Positions 51,435 to 64,000 of a stretch of 64,000 bases of DNA are shown here, piece after piece. Position numbers and translations under genes: made by a program. The stretch is from Octopus sinensis (Eukaryota), in the NCBI RefSeq assembly GCF_006345805.1, contig NC_043012.1, positions 2,852,001-2,916,000 of the forward strand. Direction: 5' to 3'. Below the pieces are notes generated by a model that was not told the origin of the DNA, did no database searches, and saw only the letters and a list, made by a program, of their open reading frames with translations. The stretch's first letter is position 1. Each line of letters opens with the position of its first letter.

Positions 51435-52924
51435 GTAATAATAATAATTGTTTTATGTGAAAACAACAGGTCCGTATTTACAAGGCTTGACGAATGATCC
51501 CAAATTTATTTGACAGAAAGTTGAGCCAAGGACACCCATATGGCATTTTGAAGAGGCAGCATCTAGGAAGAAATCTGTTCGACGTCGGCTGTGGTAATAG
51601 TAGTAGAAAAGAGGCACAGGAAAGGGACTATCTGAGAGTAGGTCGAAGGCTGGAGTCGACTAGACAAAGATAGGTTGCCGATCAGTCGGACGACTTTGGT
51701 TTAGATGCAGTTCCAACTATCGATGACTGACGGAGGAGCACTCTCCTAGATCTGCTATTATCCTTCTATCTACGGCACAGTCAAACAGATCTAGGAAGAT
51801 TGAAATTCAACTGGTCTCCATCACAGCCGTCGTAAGCTATCTTTGGTAAGTGTTCAATTTTCTTTTACCACCATTTATTGAAAGCAATATTGCGAGAGAG
51901 AAAAAAAATACTGAATTGATCAAGCTAGCATCAAGGCAAACCGTATTTATACCCCCACGCCATTGCTATTCGTTGCTACACTTTCTCTCGCATACATGCA
52001 ACTATATTAGCTTGCACGCTTTTTCAAATACAAAAATCAATCGAAAATTCCAGAGCATTCGCAAATATATTCGGTTCTTCATTAATTGGTTTCGATAGAG
52101 ATGATAATTTTAGTGGGAAATACTTGTAGTAGAGGTGATAGCAATAAATCTGAGAATATAATAATAATGATGATGATGATGATGTTTATGATAATAATAA
52201 TGATAGTAAAAGTGGTTGTGTAGAAAGGCGGAAGAGACTGATCGAAATGATGATAGTGGTTGTGTCAACACCAACAGTGATGATCGAAGTAGTATTATCA
52301 AAGCTAAATACACTAGTAAAATAATGCTAAAATAGTATGGGTGTATAATGCAGGATATATATTTAGACATACATATATAAGGACGCAGATACACATAGAC
52401 ATATGCACACATATTCATACACACATATTTATGTATATATTTTACGCGCATATTTATTTTTATACACGCATGCACGCACGCATACAGGCATGTAAATAAA
52501 ACGATTTGGTTGTATGATGGGCATGTAACTACTACAATGAAATCAACTATAGTAGATTTTACATTCTACAAATTTGTATTTTCAAAACATCAGCCATAAT
52601 AATACGTTGAGAAAAAAATCCCTACCAAGAACTAGTCATGGAATATTTTGCATTTCTTTAAAAATGGTGTTTTGTTATTGCTTTAATTTTGTACATCTTT
52701 GAGTTAAGGAGTGGACCAACACACACACACACACACACACATACACACTTACATATACACGTATGTGTGTATGTTTATTTGTGTGTATATGTAATGTTTT
52801 AAAAAATTCGACCTTGCGCAATCAACATTCATTTCTAGTTGGACAGTATCTTGTGAACACCAGAAAATTATCATCCATCACCTCTTCTTTTAAAGAAAAC
52901 GGCTTTTGAGGAACGAAATTCCAC

Positions 52925-52961
<37 letters not shown>

Positions 52962-53282
52962 CATTCATACACCTATACGTCTAGCAGGTGAAGTAGGAAT
53001 TGATTTCTGACATTGCTTACCCAAAGACGCAAACTGTTTAGAAAACGATTCTTCTAAATTAGAGCGATATCAGCTATTAAGAAAGAAAAATAAGGGACGG
53101 AATAATGCGATGTCATCGTCAATAACAAACAAGCAACACAACATCTAACATGTACAGGACGAATTTGACCGTTCCCGCAACGATTTCTCTCTATCTTGTT
53201 GATGAATTGTGGAGAGTAAAATCGTGACATTAAACGAAAGAGGCGAAGGAAGAGAAAGCGTGAAAAAGAAAGACACATAAAT

Positions 53283-53316
<34 letters not shown>

Positions 53317-54379
53317 GTGGTGGCTATATTTTCCAACAGATGGATGGTTTATATTTTGGAGAAACCTCACCTCCTGCTTTAAATTATCTCTCTATGGACA
53401 AAATCGTGCGTGCGTGCGTGCGTGTGTATCTACCTATTTATTGCTGACTCAAACGTATAGGATATCGCCGTGCTTGAACAAGTACCTCGATTCCTCCGCT
53501 GTTTTAATAAAGCGACCGATCATTAACTATTACTATTATTATCATTATTATTATTATAATCATCATCATCATCATTATTATTATTATTATTATCATAATT
53601 GTTATTGATGTTGTTATTGTTGTTTAAGCTTTGTTTTAAAAAATGTTTCTAGAATTATACAAGAAACAGATATATAAACATTGGCATTAAAAATGAAATC
53701 GCAAGATGGAATCTAGCAATATCAAATTCAGCTGGGTAATAATATTTGCAATAAATATAACATAACTTATTCTTCACGCTTAATTATATATATATATAAT
53801 GTATATGTATGTCCGTATACGTATATATATATATATATATGTATGTATTTATGTATCAATATATCATTACAACAGACTGTCTATGAAGATATATACATAT
53901 GTACATATATATATATTATACACATACATGCATATATATATACTTGTGTGTGTGTGTGTGTGTGCGTGGATTAATGTATACATGTACATATGTATGTATG
54001 TATGTATTTGAAGAATATCTATTGAATTGTCTAAATGTCTATTATTGAAACTCGTATGCGGTGTTCCTGTGGGTTGTTTTTTTTTTTATTTATTTATATA
54101 TTGTAATTATTTAGAAGAGGTTACAATTTGGTTTTTCTTCAGCTGACGCAGTTTAATGTTTCGAGACGTGAGCTACGTGAAAAGACTGGAAGTAGCAAAG
54201 GAAAAGAGTCACAACATGTATGTATTGTATTGCTAAGCAAATGAGAGAGAGAGAGATTGTGAGATTAGGTATACAATAAAGAAATATATACAGGGTTATA
54301 TAGTCAATACAGAGTATTTCCTACAAGCTTAGCGTTTATTCTTTTTCGCAACCTTGTATTTTATTTAGTGACTATATAT

Positions 54380-54562
54380 ATACATCCACACATACATACA
54401 TACTTACATACATACATACACACACACATACATACATACATACATACACTCATACATACATACATACATACATACACTCATACATACATACATACATACA
54501 TACACACACACATACATACATACATACATACATACATACATACATACATACATACATACACA
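54380..54562. repeat. (CATA)n microsatellite
   Basis: Tetranucleotide tract. Confidence 0.9.
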
Positions 54563-55303
54563 CGCGCAACAGAAACATCCTATTATATACAATTATGAAG
54601 CAATTGTTGGATGTCACATATATAATTACAAATATCTTGAACAGGAGAGCAACTGTTGCAAAGAAATGATGGTCAACACGAAGCTATGAAATAACAAAAA
54701 TTCTGGGAGGGGTGGGGGTGAGTCCAACAAAAATAAATGTGTGTGTGTATGGATATTTATTTTACATGTGTTTGTGTAAATAATAATCTTTTACTATAAA
54801 TATACAGTCAATATACATGTTTATATTTTTTAACGCGAAAAAAAAAAGTACTATATATATGGTGTACAGTTTTATAATGAATGGAAAATATTTGGTGATT
54901 CACTCCATTATTGCTCGGAGTTTCGCATACGGAAACGGAGTTTCGCATATATCAATGTATGAGATCGGTCTGTGAAGATGTAGTCTGCCCAAAATATTGT
55001 TTCACCGATCACATTTATATTCATATATGTATAAATATACATATATATATATATACATCTATATAATTTACGTGTACGAAACTCCGAGTAACAATAGAGT
55101 GAATCACCAGGTGTTTCCCTATAAAGAAATAAAAAAAAAATATTTGCTTGGATGAAGTGATAACAGTTCGGTTTGGAGTGGTGGCATGGATAACGGAGGT
55201 GGTGGTGGGGGCGAAAGCGCGCTACAGGGAGGCCCAAAAGCACCCAGGGTATTCACTGTTAGCATCAATGCTGCTCTGTACTGTTGGAGCATGAGAGAGA
55301 GAG

Positions 55304-55334
<31 letters not shown>

Positions 55335-55487
55335 GAGAGAGGGAGAGAGAGAGAGAGAGAGAGCTGTATGCTATTCGAAAGGTGGTAAAAATCATTGCAT
55401 CGTTGTAATTTCTAGTCGACAGCTGATAAAGGGAGTGTCCCGCAGTGCACTACATATCTGCATACATACATACATACATATATATAC

Positions 55488-55561
<74 letters not shown>

Positions 55562-56019
55562 AAAGGTAGAATGATGACAGTAAATGTGACAGAATTAATG
55601 ATTGAAAGTACAATAAAATTATTAATGATGAGAAAGCATAACCAATAAATACAATAAAAATGGTAACATTAACCGAATTTAGAACTACAGATAACGAACA
55701 CGACAGGACGATGGCTAGTTATGATCGGAGTTTTTTTTATATACCCTCCACCATATAAATATATACACACACGATATTTATATATATATTCTTTTTACTC
55801 TTTTACATATATATATATATATATATATTATATACACGATACGTTCGCACTGCTGTGAATTGAATGAAGCGAAATAGCTATATGTAATACGTATGTATGC
55901 ATGTATATATATATATATATATGAATATATATGTGTGTGCATGCATCATGTATGTATGTACTTATGTATGTGTATTATATGATGACACAGGGAGGTCAGC
56001 TTGCCGTTGCCTAGACGAA

Positions 56020-56361
56020 TAAGTTGACCAATCGACTGGCTTGTTGCTGTCTTCGTGACAAGCTCTGCTAGCCAATCAAATCCGACGATAAAATAGCGAG
56101 CAGGAACTCCATGCACGGAAGAAACCCAGTTGGTAAACATGGCTGTGAACAACAGCTGCGGCCGTGCGCCGTGCTGCCGCCGTTGTTGTTGCTGCTGCCA
56201 CCTTCATCACCATCAACAGCAGCAGCAAGGTTTCCATTATCGCTACAACTGCTACAACAACTGCTTCTTCTGCCGAGGCCGCTGAAAACAAGCTTTGTCA
56301 AGTGCGGTGGGGGACAAGGCGTTAAGCAGAGCAAGTCCATGATGACATGACTCCCGTAAGG
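56020..56361 (+). promoter_or_regulatory. Candidate promoter / non-coding first exon
   Basis: GC-rich unique island; NF-Y-like GACCAATCG (56028) and AGCCAATCA (56072); possible donor CCC|GTAAGG at 56356; upstream of the 60087 exon. Confidence 0.4.
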
Positions 56362-56709
56362 GCCAAGTGGAAGCTACAACCGAAGAAAAAGAAGAAAAAG
56401 AAATACTACTACTACTACTACCACCCTTACAACAACTACTACCACCACTACTATTATTGCCACTTTCTCTCTTTACAAAGACGACCTTGCTCGTCGTGAA
56501 AAAAAATCAACAAAAGGACTATATATTACATATAAAATATATAATAATACATCGTCTACTACATTTTAAAGATTCTTGAGATATATATATATACATATAT
56601 ACACATATATATACATATATATTTCTATAACAAACAGTTCCTTCTCCGTTTGTCTGTGTGAGTGTTTGGCTCCAGCTCCCACCGTTGTTTATTATAATTA
56701 CTTTATTAC

Positions 56710-56748
<39 letters not shown>

Positions 56749-59700
56749 TTTTCATTGTGATAAAGGGAGGAAGAATCTATTTTTCTTGATTTTTTTTTAA
56801 ACACTTCGCTGCTTCTTTATACTGGAAGCGAGGATCCACATTTTCTTTCAATAATCTCATCCGTGTGACTGCACACACACACACACACACACACACGTTG
56901 AAACACGAACACATAATAAATGTTACAGCTTAATAAATATACACGTATATTCTCACGAGTGTATAAATATAAACATATATATATATATCCCACGACAACA
57001 TAAGAACTCTACAAACACAGACACAACACTCAAATTTCACAAATTATCTATTCTTCATAACATAGTTATATGTCTACATAGACAGTTATAGCTGTACGTA
57101 TATATATATATATATATTTTATATTAAATATATACACTCTCGCATTCTATATATATATATATAACAACTATGTATATCTCCAGATCTGAATGTCGATCTG
57201 GAGAAAGTATGACCTAGCTCATATGTGTTTACAAATAACCGTTAAGTTTCTGTTTCTCTTCGAGTCCAGCCGTTGTTGGTGCCATCAAAAGAAACAGTGA
57301 TAAAGACTAATAATATATATACATACATTATATATATATATATTTATATATATATATGTGTGTGTATATACATATATACACCTAATAGACTGTCACGCAA
57401 GCTTATAGTAATTATATATAAACATCAATAATAAAACGTAATGTTAAAAGATTGATAACAAAAGAAATACATACAAACACACAAAAAGAACAAAACTAAA
57501 CAGTCTCAACTTTTTTTGCTTCAAAGAAAGAAAAAAAAAACATTTTTGACACCCCCCCCCATCCTCCTTTACACTTCTTTCGTAATAATTAATCACAAAC
57601 AGTTCTTAATATTTTAAGTGATATTTTTCAAAATTTCTTAACGGTAATTTTCTGTGTCAGATGTTCAGGATGAAGAAAAGACATATTGAAAGAGATAGGA
57701 AGAGACTGATGGCATTGGGCAATTATTTTCCACCCGGAAACTGATGCCATGATGTGTCTACCAACCTACCTCTTTTAATTTTGTTCATATTAAGCGATCG
57801 TTTTTGATTTCTTGTTTTTCTGTGAGTGTCTGTGCGCGTGAGTGTATATAAATCTATATATCTATATCTATATATATATATATTATTTTTATTTGATTAT
57901 TTTATTTTATTTATTTTCCCTCCATTTCACCCCCTCCCAGTAAGAATAACCGGTGTGCTTGTGTGTCTCTACATTACATATATATATATCTATATCTATA
58001 TCTACATATATATATATATTATTTTCTTCGCTTTCTCCACCCTGTCCCTTCTCCTTCTTCTCGTCTCCAGTTCTTCAAATGATTCGTGTTGTTTTTTTCT
58101 TTCTTTTCAAAAACATTCGCACTTAATAATAGACACTGCGATTTATCTTGGTGGGGCTCGGAAGAGAGGGGATAAAAAAAGAAGAAAAAGAAAAAAAAAA
58201 ACTGAAACCCCCAACAATTACGATGTACTCTCTTCTTCACCATCATCGTCTTCATCTTCTTATTCCAACTCGCACGAACCTACCAACCGAACAATGTAAC
58301 CGTACAAATTGCTACTTGCTCATATTCTTATTATTACGTCTCATGGATTCTTCTTATATCAGACTACAAACGTGCACGGACAGAAGAACAACGCCACCAA
58401 TCCAATTTAACAACATCCCCAAATAATTTCTTTGTGGGGGGGACAACAACAACAAAAACTGCTTTTGTCTATTTATTTTTTTTCCGTTGTTGTTACAGAT
58501 AATTAACGCCAACCACTATAATACTAAATTTAATTGGGGTGGTGAGTGCGTGTGTGTGTGTGTTTATATATAATTTCTTCCCTCTCTCTCTCTCTCCTCT
58601 TCATCCTTTTATATTTACCTCTTTCTCTCTCCTTCTTATCTAATGGCTAAAGTGTAATATACATACATACATACATACACACATACATCATATATATATA
58701 TATATATATAATATATATATCTGTATTACATTTATATATATATAAATTTTGATATCGTTAAGATATAAAAGAGTTTAATGAATTGACCGCATTTACGAAT
58801 AATTCTATATACATATATAAATATATATATTTTTTTCTTTTTTCATGTTTAAGTTTCTTTATTTCTCATTATTTCCTTTTATCATCCTATTTTGCTTTCC
58901 TAATTTCTCTTGTTAAAAGCCTACCCGCCTGCAGAATAGATTTTGATATCGAATATGATATAATCTACGCATGATAAATAGCAGGAGAGATCGTTACAGG
59001 AGGGAGGCATAGAGAAGAAATCTCTTCCATATTTTCAGGCTGATAGTTTTTCAGTGGGGGAGGTTTTTGTTTCCTATTCGGATAGATAATAATAATAATG
59101 ATAGTAATAATGAAAATAATACCGTACACGAGAAGAGACAGTCACATCTGTATGCTTTAATCAAGACCTAGTTTCTCCATGCTATACTTCTCTGATGCGA
59201 ATGTGTATGGATGGATGTTTTTCTCTTTCACATTTTCTCTCTCCTATAGTTAGCTTGTTTGGATTTAAGAAAAAGCAAGAACGACTGAGTGCTTGTATGT
59301 CTGTCTCTGTGTGTGTGTGAATGCAAGTATGTAGATTATATGTATATACGTAGATGTATGTATGTATATATATTGTATACTTGTATGTATGTGTGTATGT
59401 ACGTATATATGAATAAAGACAGTTGTATAGGTGAAAAAAGGGGGGAAATTTTGGTGACAGTTCTAGGGAATGAGGTCGTTTTTTTATTTGGTCAACAACA
59501 ATTTTTTTTCTTTCTGAAAACGTCGCTCTGAGAGGAAATATTTCACCATCCTTATTCCGATTAATATCGAATTAGAGGCGGAAAAATCAATTGCTATTCC
59601 ATTACAAATATCAGAGTTCATCTATCTTCTCTCCCTCTCTCCTCTCACTGTGTTTTTCCTTCTTTTGAAAATAGTGTGTAGGATCGTATTTTCCTGGAAA

Positions 59701-60086
59701 TCTACCACCAATACTTTTCAATTACAGCCTTCAGTACCCCTCTCCCCCTCCACAATTCAATCTATATACCTATATATTTTATATATAAATATATACGCAC
59801 ACATACACACATCCAATGATATATTTACCAATCAGTAAATGCATCAATGAAAAGAACATGGTTTTTTTTATTCGCGTATCTAATTTACTTCTTGTGTTGG
59901 ATTCTTTAAAAATGGTGAATTTCTGGATATAATTCATCGGATTCTTTATTCAAATTCTACATGTCTGATGTATGACAGATTATTGAGGAGTTTTTTTATT
60001 TCGCCTATCGGTGCTAATGTGACTTGGTTGTATTTCGCTGCTGCCAAGCTTCTTTGTGTGTGAGTGTAAAAAGCCTACCAACCAAC

Positions 60087-60578
60087 ATGGGCCAGCAGTC
60101 GTCATCACCATCTCATAGCGCCAACGACTCTCAGAAATTTGAAAGGTCTTCCAGTTACCGGAAGAAGAAAGACAGTTGTGATATCGGAATTGTGAATGCC
60201 GCTGCTGCCTCGCCATTATCGGCTCCGAGTTTGTCGCAGAGTACCGGCTTCAAATCAAGTAAACCCCCCGACCTACCTTCCACACATCGGCAGCTGCTTC
60301 ATCACACCGAACACGACCAACAACAGACTGAACAACCTCCACTGCCTCCAACACCAGTAGCCAAACCGACCACGGATAGTACCCTTACTGGCATGGTTAC
60401 TGCTGTTAGTCCGCCCCAGCCGCCGCCTCCCGTGGGGCCGTCGGCACCCCCGATGGAGAGAAGGTCCTCCTCTCCAGCCCATCACAATCACACTTCGTTA
60501 GCGGGTGCCCGGGCTGGAACCGCTGGACCTAGCGGTGCCACTAACGTCAACACGGCCGCTACTGCCAATATGTGTCAG
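60087..60578 (+). CDS. First coding exon (164 codons) of an unidentified, probably N-myristoylated Ser/Pro-rich protein
   Basis: CAAC-ATG-G context; MGQQSS fits the myristoylation pattern; GC-rich non-repetitive ORF in AT-rich DNA; PPLPPTP and PPQPPPP motifs; phase-0 donor CAG|GTGAGA followed by AT-rich intron-like DNA. Confidence 0.75.
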
Positions 60579-63500
60579 GTGAGAGACCTAGATTATTATT
60601 ATCATTGTTTTTATTATTGCCATTGTTAATGTCATTTTATCATTACCTATTTATTGATACCAATAAACCTCTAGCTTGCGATTTGATGTGTCCAAGGATA
60701 CGTTGCATATTTTATAGTCATAATTTCGTCACATCTCGCTACCTGTGCATTAAATGTATACATACACATATACACACAGTATATATCCATCAATTTATAT
60801 TATACACAACGCAAATCCTAACAACCGTTCATCCACACATATGTTTACCATTTTATGGAATTTTCAGGATTTATCTTTCAGTTCTGCAGCTATTGGAGCA
60901 GGGTCAGTTACCTTGACCATGTGGCTTCAACAACATACCACCCTATATTTAGATTGTATTGATTACGTTAGCAAATAAAGGGCAGCATTCAGATCCCCAC
61001 GACCAAGTCCTTCCAGCTGACGATTGGTATTCATTAAGCAGTTGTATTAGATTATCAAGAAGGTTACTTAATCAAAAAGACAACATCGACAAATTCGAAT
61101 AAAATATTTTAGAACATTTAATAAACCTCTATTGATAATGTTGACATTTGTCTTTCGTTGACAGGAACTGTTTGCTTCATCTGTTACACGATGGTATATA
61201 CTCTTTGTGTATGCATGAATGCCTTTTTATACTGTTATTCATTCACCTACTAAAAATTAGTCACATGTCAAGATGTAGACGGTAGGAAACCGTTGGTATC
61301 GAATTGATATTTTAGTTTCCTATATACGAACCAGACATGTCATGGTAATCTTCATTCAGTTATATCTCTCACCTGCGTTATAAGAGTTGATGGCTCTAAC
61401 GACTGTCACATCATATTCAATTATCATGATAAAGGGTCTTTTACCTACGTGACTAAATGTATGCAGCTGTTCACCCTTAATAACCACCTAATTATTTGTC
61501 TAAGTCTTCCCCCACATACACACACATCTAAGAACCAATATAGATGTTCTGGTTGTTAGACATATTGGTGGAAATTTGTTCACAATTTTCAGAGTCAGGT
61601 GTTCGTTGTTAGGTAAGCTTTTGGTTGCATTCCTTCTTGTCTGATGTATTCTAGGAATGACATCAAGGAGTAAGAGGTTTTCATACCATACACAAGTATT
61701 GTTATAGCAAACGTTACATACACTCAATTAAATTAGTTGCCATAATGTCTTCAAGTTCTAATACCAATAAATGGCTGGAACCCTAACAATAAGGTTATCA
61801 ACGCGAAAGAACTTGAGTAATCTCGAGAATTTGTTGTAGAACTATTAAACAATACGCAGGGCAACTAGTTTTGTTGACACATGTACTATAATAGTACGTC
61901 AAAGTACCTTTATCGGAAGTTTTGGTATAATTTGGTCTTAGAATTTTGTCTTATGGTTCTCCAATGTATGAATGAATGAATGGTGTTAGCAGTAAATCTA
62001 TATAATAATGATCAGTTTTTCTTCAAATTTGTACCTCACTCATAATTACTCATCAATCAGCTACATATCTTAACATGTTGATAAAGATACATAAAACTGT
62101 TTGATCCTTTAACGTGATCCTAACTTTGTGCTTGAGTCATTTTTCACAACAAAGGTGGAAAACTAATTATTCTGTTCTAGCTAACTGGCAAGAACATAAA
62201 ATATAACATATTCTTGCAAGCGAGTGTATTATATATTTTATATATCAAATTTTGAAGGTTCTCATATCCAATTGGTTAGGCAGTTGATTAACCAAAGTTT
62301 TTTTCAGTTTAACATCAGAGATACTCTTCTGTGATCGAAGTCTCTTACCTGAGGACTCTTGAAGCATTTATACATAATAGGCGAATAGATACGCGCCATT
62401 TGCTATTGTTGTTTTTGTCCCATGTCAACCTGATCGTACAGGCTTAATATTAAAAGCATTTCAGCTGTGACAGTATCTTATTGTTAGGTTAAGACTACTT
62501 AACGTCGTGTCAAACATGTCTTTCATTTTTTAAAGACGTTAGGGTATGATTTGAGAGAGTTTTGATTGCTGTTTCTTACAAGAAGAAGGACTACTTAAAT
62601 ATTTCGTCTTATAGCTCGTGTATATATATTCCTATATTTTAACTGTAAAATTGATTCCTTGATCCATTGCTGAGACTTCTTTTGATCTGTGCTTTGTTTA
62701 TTGGCAAGGTTATTTTACTCCACAGAACATCTTCACATGTTCGTCCTTCATAAAGTCAGCTGGCCATCGTACACAATATATCAATATTCAGTCTAAATCA
62801 CTAACAATATTGTTCTGCCTCTGCTCGATACATTCAAGTTTCTGGATTGTTATTAAATTATTCATTGGTTTGTAACAGTTAAGATTAAATTAAACTCAAC
62901 AATCAACATATTCTCTTTTCTCTTGATACAAAATACTTGGATTTTACAAAACTAAGGCTTCATCTTATTGTTGTTTAGCCCGAATCAGTTCTGATCAAAC
63001 GTTCCTGCTTTGACTATCATACCATGTTATTACCAGACTGTATCCTTGACTACATTATCCAATATGTCGTTACTAAGGAGTGTTTTGTAGAGGATGTTGG
63101 CGATTATTTCTTATCTTACAAAATCCTCCATTTCACTCAGTTATCGGATACAAAAGTTATTGTCTTCCATGCTGACCTTCCCTAGTCAAGAAGTTTTGGC
63201 TTCACTCCCCCTCTTTACCCACTCTCGATGCTTCTTCTTGCTACCAACAATACCAGTGTGGATGGGTGGTTGGTACCTTGTCACCACCTCCAAAAAGATG
63301 TCTGCGGTCGAATTTGATCACTAAACTATATAGCATCTCCTGTAACATTTCGCATGAGGGACCAACAAAGAATATGGAAACGAAATCGCCCTCAAATTAT
63401 ATCCCCCCAACTTAAAAAAATCACGGACACATTGGATAGATAACATTGTCTTGGTTATACTGTCTAAAAAACTGGATGGTCACGACTGGAATGCTTTCGA

Positions 63501-64000
63501 TCAGAGATCTCTTCTCTATGGATTGATCTGGAGCTAAACAAAAACGATAGTTGTCAAATGTCGTTGTTTTTAATACTGTTGTGACATTCTTCTTCTTCTT
63601 CTTCTTATTATTATTATTATTTCCTTTTCACGTTGTACAGATTAATTTGTGAAGTCTCCTAAAGTTAACAATGATGGATACAATTGCCATTGATTGTGAG
63701 ATAATATGCTGGATTACAGAGCCAGCATATAAAGAGCATCGTTTCGTATTATATGAAAAAAACCCGTTCTTGTTGTTTAATCCCACATGAGATCTGAGTG
63801 GGGGAGACATTATCAAAGATACTCGAACTGTAACCATTCCGTCTTTATTTCTGGCTGTATATCTAGAAATATGTTATCCAACGCGTCCTTCCATTTTTTC
63901 ATAAGACAGTAGGGTATGATTTAAATGTCTTTTGTTTTGGCTGTTATTTCTAGCAGGTCGAACGAACATGTCGAAGCTCATATGAAAATGTGTTAAAACA

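Noticed and set aside
55946-56340. Minus-strand ORFs at the 56-kb island (bidirectional gene)
   Set aside because: No convincing donor and ORFs run into microsatellite; CCAAT orientation and downstream gene favour the plus strand.

Overview
AT-rich eukaryotic genomic DNA packed with microsatellites and transposon relics. It is most likely from an octopus; this is inferred from tRNA-derived SINEs resembling the Octopus OK/OR families and from TTAGGG repeats, and was not verified by a search. Almost all supplied ORFs are translations of microsatellites or SINEs. The only convincing host coding sequence is a probable first coding exon at 60087-60578 (+): Kozak ATG, MGQQSS myristoylation motif, Pro/Ser-rich, CAG|GTGAGA donor. 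A CCAAT-box promoter-like island lies upstream at about 56.0-56.4 kb. Mobile DNA includes at least three SINE families, a ~2.4 kb decayed RTE LINE, a Gypsy pol relic, a Tc1 element, Tigger and hAT MITEs, a Merlin-like MITE with internal telomeric repeats (3 copies, 8-bp TSDs), a 9-bp-TSD foldback, two non-autonomous Helitrons and a HINE/Helentron-like element. The most notable observations are three. First, ~200-bp Penelope-like repeats next to (TA)n tracts carry minimal hammerhead ribozyme motifs. Second, long near-perfect hairpins are anchored on (TA)n tracts. Third, SINE dimers repeatedly join at the same GGTATTTCG junction. Family names come from recalled consensus features and need database confirmation.
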